Positions 59,130 through 64,000 of a stretch of DNA of 64,000 bases are shown in pieces; the stretch's first letter is position 1; every line of letters starts with the position of its first letter. Source of the stretch: an uncultured Candidatus Competibacteraceae bacterium (GTDB lineage Bacteria > Bacteroidota > Bacteroidia > CAIKAF01); the NCBI GenBank assembly GCA_964578885.1, contig CAZOEO010000012.1, positions 16,021 through 80,020 on the forward strand, read 5' to 3'. The position numbers were made by a program, and so were the translations under genes. The notes below the pieces were generated by a model. It saw only the letters and a list, made by a program, of their open reading frames with translations, was not told the DNA's origin and did not search any database.

Positions 59130-60776
59130 ATGAAAGGTAAATTATTCGCATATCTGGTTTGTTTATCGGGGATTTTAAATTTCGCACCTGGTGTGAAAGG
59201 ACAATCTACCCCTACGCGTGTGGTAAACGGTCGTACTTTTTGGGTACATATCGTGGGTCCGAAAGAAACACTGTACGGAATCAGCAGAAAGTACCAAGTT
59301 TCTGTAGATACCTTGTATGCGTTGAATCCGGGCGCTACCTTGGTGATTCGTCCGGATCAGGAGATTTTAATTCCCGTGCCGAAACAAGCTGGCGTAGCTG
59401 GTCCGCCTCGTCCTGCTTCTTCACCCGGAAAAACCCATGTGGTGGTGGCCGGTGAAACGCTGTATGGTTTGGCCAGAAAATATCAAACCACGGAAGTGGC
59501 TATTCGACAATTAAATCCCACTATTGGCGATTATGTAAAAGTGGGTGATGTGTTACAAATTCCTGTTAATCAAGGTTCTGTGACCCAAGGTCAGCCTACT
59601 GCTGCTCCTGTAGTCGAGCGTCCACAGTCCACGTCTACCCAAACATTGCCGGTGGTGAGACCTCCGGTGGAGCCAGCCGCCAGTTCGCCTGGTTCAGTCG
59701 GATCGTCGGAGTTGGCTACCCAAGATTGTGGAGAAACGTTTTCATGGCGTCGTCCCATGAAAGTGGTGTTGCTGTTGCCCTTCCCGGAAGGAAATGAAGG
59801 AGAAATTAAGTTGGCCACAGAGTTTTATGCAGGCTTTAAAACGGCGGCCGATTATTTTTCTGAGCAAGGTTTGGAGATTCACTTATCTGTTTGGAATACA
59901 GGAGGAAGTCAGGATGAAACCCCAACCAGGAACCTGATTAAATCCGGCCGATTAGAAGGTGCGGATTTGGTGGTGGGGCCGCTTTATCCCACTTCGCTGG
60001 CGTTGGTTTCGTCTTACGCGCAAACGCATCACATTCCTGTTGTGACACCATTTTCACGTAGTGCAACCTTGATGGATGCGGCCAGGGGCGTCATTAAGCT
60101 AACTCCTTCGCGTTCATGGGTGATTCAAAGAACGGTTCGATATTTTCAGCGAAATAATCCACAAGCTCAATTGATTCTGATAGATGGACAAACCCGGAAA
60201 GACAGTCTTTTAGTTGCGCAGTACAAAACCCATTTAGATGCGTTGGGAGCGGGAAAATATCAGAAAACCACCCCTGGTGGAGTGGCTTCCTTGTTAAAAT
60301 CCGGACAACAGTATATTTTGTTTTTTCCCACAACCCGGGAAATTGCAGCCAAAGAGTTGATGATGAAGCTAAATGGTTTGCGAAATACCTATTCACTTAC
60401 CTTGGTGGGCACCGAAGAATGGTTGGAATTTAGCACTGTGGAAGTGGATTATTACGAGAATTTGCAACTTCATTTACCCGTAGCCTATCAATTTCATCCT
60501 GAAGACAGCGCGTTTCTGGATTTTAGAAAGCAGTATCGTTTGCAATTTGGAGGGGAGCCAGGTTTAGCTTCTCACCGGGGCTATGAGGTCGGAATGTATT
60601 TTCTTTACCACCTTCAACGAACCGGTTCCGCATTTCCAACTTGTACTTTTTCACAAATTCCGACATTGGGAGGGCAATTTTTTCAATTTGCAGGAAATAA
60701 AAATGATGGTTTTGAAAACCAATCTTGCCGAATGATGGTGTTTAAAAACTATCAATATCAGTTGGTAGTTTTTTAG
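59130..60776 (+). CDS. LysM-domain protein with a C-terminal periplasmic-binding-protein-like domain
   Basis: Signal MKGKLFAYLVCLSG. LysM1 HIVGPKETLYGISRKYQVSVDTLYALNP. LysM2 HVVVAGETLYGLARKYQTTEVAIRQLNP. A Pro-rich linker, then a domain of about 350 aa. Confidence 0.82.
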   Translation: MKGKLFAYLVCLSGILNFAPGVKGQSTPTRVVNGRTFWVHIVGPKETLYGISRKYQVSVDTLYALNPGATLVIRPDQEILIPVPKQAGVAGPPRPASSPGKTHVVVAGETLYGLARKYQTTEVAIRQLNPTIGDYVKVGDVLQIPVNQGSVTQGQPTAAPVVERPQSTSTQTLPVVRPPVEPAASSPGSVGSSELATQDCGETFSWRRPMKVVLLLPFPEGNEGEIKLATEFYAGFKTAADYFSEQGLEIHLSVWNTGGSQDETPTRNLIKSGRLEGADLVVGPLYPTSLALVSSYAQTHHIPVVTPFSRSATLMDAARGVIKLTPSRSWVIQRTVRYFQRNNPQAQLILIDGQTRKDSLLVAQYKTHLDALGAGKYQKTTPGGVASLLKSGQQYILFFPTTREIAAKELMMKLNGLRNTYSLTLVGTEEWLEFSTVEVDYYENLQLHLPVAYQFHPEDSAFLDFRKQYRLQFGGEPGLASHRGYEVGMYFLYHLQRTGSAFPTCTFSQIPTLGGQFFQFAGNKNDGFENQSCRMMVFKNYQYQLVVF

Positions 60777-60889
60777 CAAAGTCTTCATTTAGTGAAAACT
60801 TTGTCTAGAAAAATAATGAATGATTCATACGTGTATAATATAAATAGACTATATTTGCGTATAGAAGGAAGGACTATATAAAAGCTTTT

Positions 60890-63589
60890 ATGGGTTATTC
60901 ATATATGTTTAAAATGTTTTTTGGGAAAAAACAACTGCTCAGGCTGTTTCTTGTTTTAGGATTCAGTGTTGGTGTGCTTTCTGCCCAAAACCAAGGTAAC
61001 TTAGTTCAGGTAAACAATTGTCCTAACCTGGACTTGTCTATGGGTAATTTTACCAACTGGGTAGGTCGCACAGGAAGTTGTTGTCCCATTAACCTCCCTA
61101 CAGTGGGTATAGTTAATGGAAGACACACGATCATGTCTCCTGGAAATGATCCAATTGTTCCTGCGCTTCCGCTTGTTCCTCCCGGCTATACGCGTTCTGC
61201 GCGTTTGGGAAATTCCGGAACAGGTGCGCAAGGAGAAGGGCTACGATATACTTACAATGTGGCAAGCATCTCTGCCTTGTTCGAATACGTTTTTGCCGTG
61301 GTCTTAGAAGATCCAGGACACTCTGCTTCACAACAGCCACGTTTCGAATTACAGGTTCTAAATCAAAACAACCAACCTATTCCTTGTACATTTTATCAGG
61401 TAACAGCTGCGGGCAACATTCCCGGATTCCAAACATCAGGTGGTGTTCGTTGGAGAAACTGGACCAAAGTAGGGGTTGATTTAACGGGATATATTGGTCA
61501 GAACGTGACCATTGAGGCAAGGACGGGTGACTGTTCTCTGAGCGGCCACTACGGTTATGGATATTTGGTGGGATCATGTTCACCATTGGTTATCTCTGTA
61601 GCCTATTGCATTGGGGATTCTGTAGCTACACTGATTGCTCCGAATGGTTTCTCAAATTATCAATGGAGAATTCAGGGTAACCCAACTATTATTTCGACTC
61701 AACAATCACATATCATCAATAATCCAGCCAACGGTATTGTGTATGAATGTGTCGTTACTTCTGTGATGGGTTGTTCTGCGACCCTTTCTGCCGTAGTAAA
61801 CCCTGTGATTCCTTTCCCCGGATTCACCTACACCACAGGTTGTGGTAACACGGTCAATTTTACCGATACTACTTTCGTTCAAAATGGTATTGCAGCCACA
61901 TGGGTTTGGGATTTTGGCGATGGAAATACGTCTACTCAACAGAATCCAACCCACGTTTACGCTGCGCCCGGCACGTATAATGTAAAATTAAAAGCAGGAA
62001 CTACAGTAGGTTGTCCTGATTCTGTCGTTATACCAGTAACCGTTGATGCTGATCCAGTGGCTCAGTTTGCTCCACCTACGCAATGTGGATTAACCGGAAC
62101 TTACACTGATCAGAGCTTTGTGCCCAATGGACAAGGTAATATTACTGGTTGGCTTTGGAATTTTGGCGACGGAAATACTTCTACCCAACAGAGTCCTACG
62201 CATACTTACGCTCAATCAGGCCAGTATAATGTGTCTTTGACCGTAACTTCTTCCAATGGATGTAACAATACCTTTACGGTGCCCCTGGCTACCAATGCCT
62301 ATCCCAATGCAAACTTTACAGGTTCTACCGAGTGTCATTTGGATTCTACGGCATTTACCGATCAATCTGTTGTACAATTGACCAATATTACAAACTGGCT
62401 ATGGTTCTTTGGTGATGGAACTACTTCTACCCAACAGCATCCTAACCACGTTTATCAAGCGCCCGGAACGTACAACGTTACGTTGATTGCAGGTACGGCG
62501 GCCAATTGTACGGACACCATCACTCAGCAAATTACCGTGAAACCCAATCCACAACCTGCTTTCAATAGTACCCAGGTTTGTATTGGTTTGCCCACTACGT
62601 TCACGAATTTATCGAACATTTCATCTGGAATCATCAATGGTTATAATTGGGACTTTGGACATCCTGCAGTGCCTGCTAGCATCCAGGATAATCCAACAGT
62701 GCAGTATCCAACCTTTGGTACGTTCAATGTAACCCTCACCGCTACCAGTGATTTAAACTGTGTTGGTTCTGTTACGCAACCTGTAAACATTTGGCCCAGA
62801 CCAGACGTGAGTTTCAATGCAGGTCCGCTTGCAGGATGTGCACCAGTTTCTCCGCAGTTTAACAACACAACCACCATTGCCGCCGGGCAAGTAGTTACCT
62901 GGTTGTGGAATTTTGGAGATGGCGCTTTCTCTACTGTTATGAATCCTAATCACTTATATCCTAATGCCGCCGGTACCTACTCCGTTACTTTGTTGGCAGT
63001 GAGCGATAGAGGTTGTGATAGTACCATTGTGATTCCTAACTACATCACGGTTTATCCACAGCCGGATGCAGAATTCGCTTACACTCCTCCGTTCCCAACG
63101 GTGCTGAAAACCAGAATTCAATTCGTGAATCAATCTATTCAGGGAGAAAGTTATGCTTGGGAATTTGGTGAAGGAAGTACATCCACTATTGCCAATCCAG
63201 TGTTTACTTATCCAATGGACACCGGTACTTATTACGTAACATTGGTAGCGTACAATAGTTTTGGTTGTGCCGACACTGTTCAACATGCTTTGCGTATCGG
63301 ACCCGATTACACCTTATTTATTCCGAATACCTTTACTCCCAATGCAGATGGATTTAATGATCATTTCAAAGTGCACGGCATGGGCATTGTAGAGGTGACC
63401 ATGGATATCTTCGACCGCTGGGGAGATAAAGTAGCATCATTGCAAAACCTTGAGCCCATGCAAAAAGGTTGGGATGGTACCAAGGACCGTGAGCCAGTGA
63501 AACAAGATGTGTATGTTTACAAAATCATGGCCCGGGATATCTTCGGGGAATGGCACGAATACCATGGAAACATCAACCTAGTCCGGTAA
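60890..63589 (+). CDS. Cell-surface protein: Cys-rich N-terminal domain, six PKD domains and a T9SS type-B (gliding-motility-associated) C-terminal sorting domain
   Basis: Signal peptide. Six WxWxFGDG.TSTxQxPxHxYxxxGxYxVxL units. C-terminal FIPNTFTPNADGFNDHFKV...DRWG..V...W.G...G..V..DVYVYKI. Confidence 0.9.
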   Translation: MGYSYMFKMFFGKKQLLRLFLVLGFSVGVLSAQNQGNLVQVNNCPNLDLSMGNFTNWVGRTGSCCPINLPTVGIVNGRHTIMSPGNDPIVPALPLVPPGYTRSARLGNSGTGAQGEGLRYTYNVASISALFEYVFAVVLEDPGHSASQQPRFELQVLNQNNQPIPCTFYQVTAAGNIPGFQTSGGVRWRNWTKVGVDLTGYIGQNVTIEARTGDCSLSGHYGYGYLVGSCSPLVISVAYCIGDSVATLIAPNGFSNYQWRIQGNPTIISTQQSHIINNPANGIVYECVVTSVMGCSATLSAVVNPVIPFPGFTYTTGCGNTVNFTDTTFVQNGIAATWVWDFGDGNTSTQQNPTHVYAAPGTYNVKLKAGTTVGCPDSVVIPVTVDADPVAQFAPPTQCGLTGTYTDQSFVPNGQGNITGWLWNFGDGNTSTQQSPTHTYAQSGQYNVSLTVTSSNGCNNTFTVPLATNAYPNANFTGSTECHLDSTAFTDQSVVQLTNITNWLWFFGDGTTSTQQHPNHVYQAPGTYNVTLIAGTAANCTDTITQQITVKPNPQPAFNSTQVCIGLPTTFTNLSNISSGIINGYNWDFGHPAVPASIQDNPTVQYPTFGTFNVTLTATSDLNCVGSVTQPVNIWPRPDVSFNAGPLAGCAPVSPQFNNTTTIAAGQVVTWLWNFGDGAFSTVMNPNHLYPNAAGTYSVTLLAVSDRGCDSTIVIPNYITVYPQPDAEFAYTPPFPTVLKTRIQFVNQSIQGESYAWEFGEGSTSTIANPVFTYPMDTGTYYVTLVAYNSFGCADTVQHALRIGPDYTLFIPNTFTPNADGFNDHFKVHGMGIVEVTMDIFDRWGDKVASLQNLEPMQKGWDGTKDREPVKQDVYVYKIMARDIFGEWHEYHGNINLVR
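61815..63300 (+). repeat. Six tandem PKD-domain coding repeats, period about 247-256 nt
   Basis: The W-x-W-x-FG(D/E/H) codons recur near 61901, 62148, 62395, 62645, 62899 and 63155. Confidence 0.8.
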
Positions 63590-63605
63590 TTCACTAAAGA
63601 TTTTT

Positions 63606-63631
63606 AAAACCCCTCGGCAGAGGGGTTTTTT
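63606..63631 (+). terminator. Rho-independent terminator after the PKD/T9SS gene
   Basis: AAAA-CCCCTC-GGCA-GAGGGG-TTTTTT. Perfect 6-bp GC stem, 4-nt loop and a T6 run. The A-run upstream makes it potentially bidirectional. Confidence 0.8.
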
Positions 63632-63650
63632 CTTGTACATTCCCCTCGTT

Positions 63651-64000
63651 ATGCAAGTGCTATTCGTCCTAATTGGTTTGCATGTACTGATTTCGCTCAT
63701 CGGATTTTCCAGTGAAACCTTTTTCAATCGTTTTGTTTTTAGGGTAGATGCCATCATTTCCGGAAAACAATGGGAACGTTTGATTACATCAGGATTCCTT
63801 CATGTAGATGGGCAACATCTTTTTTTTAACATGTTTAGTTTGTTCCTGTTTGGAAAGGTCTTCTTGGAATACCATGCCGTGATGGCATTTCTAACCATTT
63901 ATATGATTGGTTTGGTGGCCGGAAATCTACTTTCCCTTGGTTTGCATTGGCGAGCACCATTTTACAAAGCCGCTGGTGCATCTGGTGGGGTAAGCGGATT
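63651..64000 (+). CDS. Rhomboid family intramembrane serine protease (5' part; runs off the window end)
   Basis: My own translation from ATG 63651: MQVLFVLIGLHVLISL...GKQWERLITSGFLHVDGQHLFFNMFSLFLFG...AAGASGGVSG (WxRL..FLH...H...NM and the GxSGG catalytic Ser motif). It is not in the ORF track because there is no stop inside the window. Confidence 0.8.
   Translation, partial: MQVLFVLIGLHVLISLIGFSSETFFNRFVFRVDAIISGKQWERLITSGFLHVDGQHLFFNMFSLFLFGKVFLEYHAVMAFLTIYMIGLVAGNLLSLGLHWRAPFYKAAGASGGVSG

Overview
This 64 kb window looks like a largely housekeeping chromosomal segment of a Bacteroidota genome, probably Flavobacteriia-like. That placement is an inference from a T9SS type-B sorting domain, a Bat/MoxR aerotolerance operon, TAnnTTTG-type promoters and many ATGA-coupled genes. 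I call about 55 protein genes, with no rRNA, tRNA, CRISPR array, IS element or integrase. Confident calls:
- Oxidative stress and metabolism: katG with a group III truncated globin, fabH, prfC, a phosphohexomutase, a long-form icd, kdsC, cmk, murB, cinA and rnhB.
- Efflux: an RND efflux operon (adaptor, pump, NodT-type outer-membrane factor) followed by a MacB-type permease.
- Translation: rpsF-rpsR-rplI.
- Envelope and secretion: lepB, a ccmE-ccmF pair, an M1 peptidase and an OmpH-like chaperone.
- The Bat operon: moxR, DUF58, a DUF4381-like gene and batA-E, with a coupled metallophosphoesterase.
- Surface proteins: a beta-propeller protein, a LysM protein and a 6xPKD T9SS protein.
- A partial rhomboid protease gene at the 3' edge.

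I found no clear-cut new multi-gene system such as a defense island. The most interesting items are:
- an orphan processive GT2 synthase behind an extremely AT-rich tract;
- an overlapping YkgJ / AlbA_2 gene pair;
- a variant System I cytochrome c maturation pair (CcmE with CxxxY plus an enlarged CcmF) detached from ccmABCD;
- two unusually long gene-less spacers (3736-4408 and 58484-59129);
- a CAA/CAG poly-Q microsatellite in batC.

All functional calls rest on motif recognition by eye. No database search was run.
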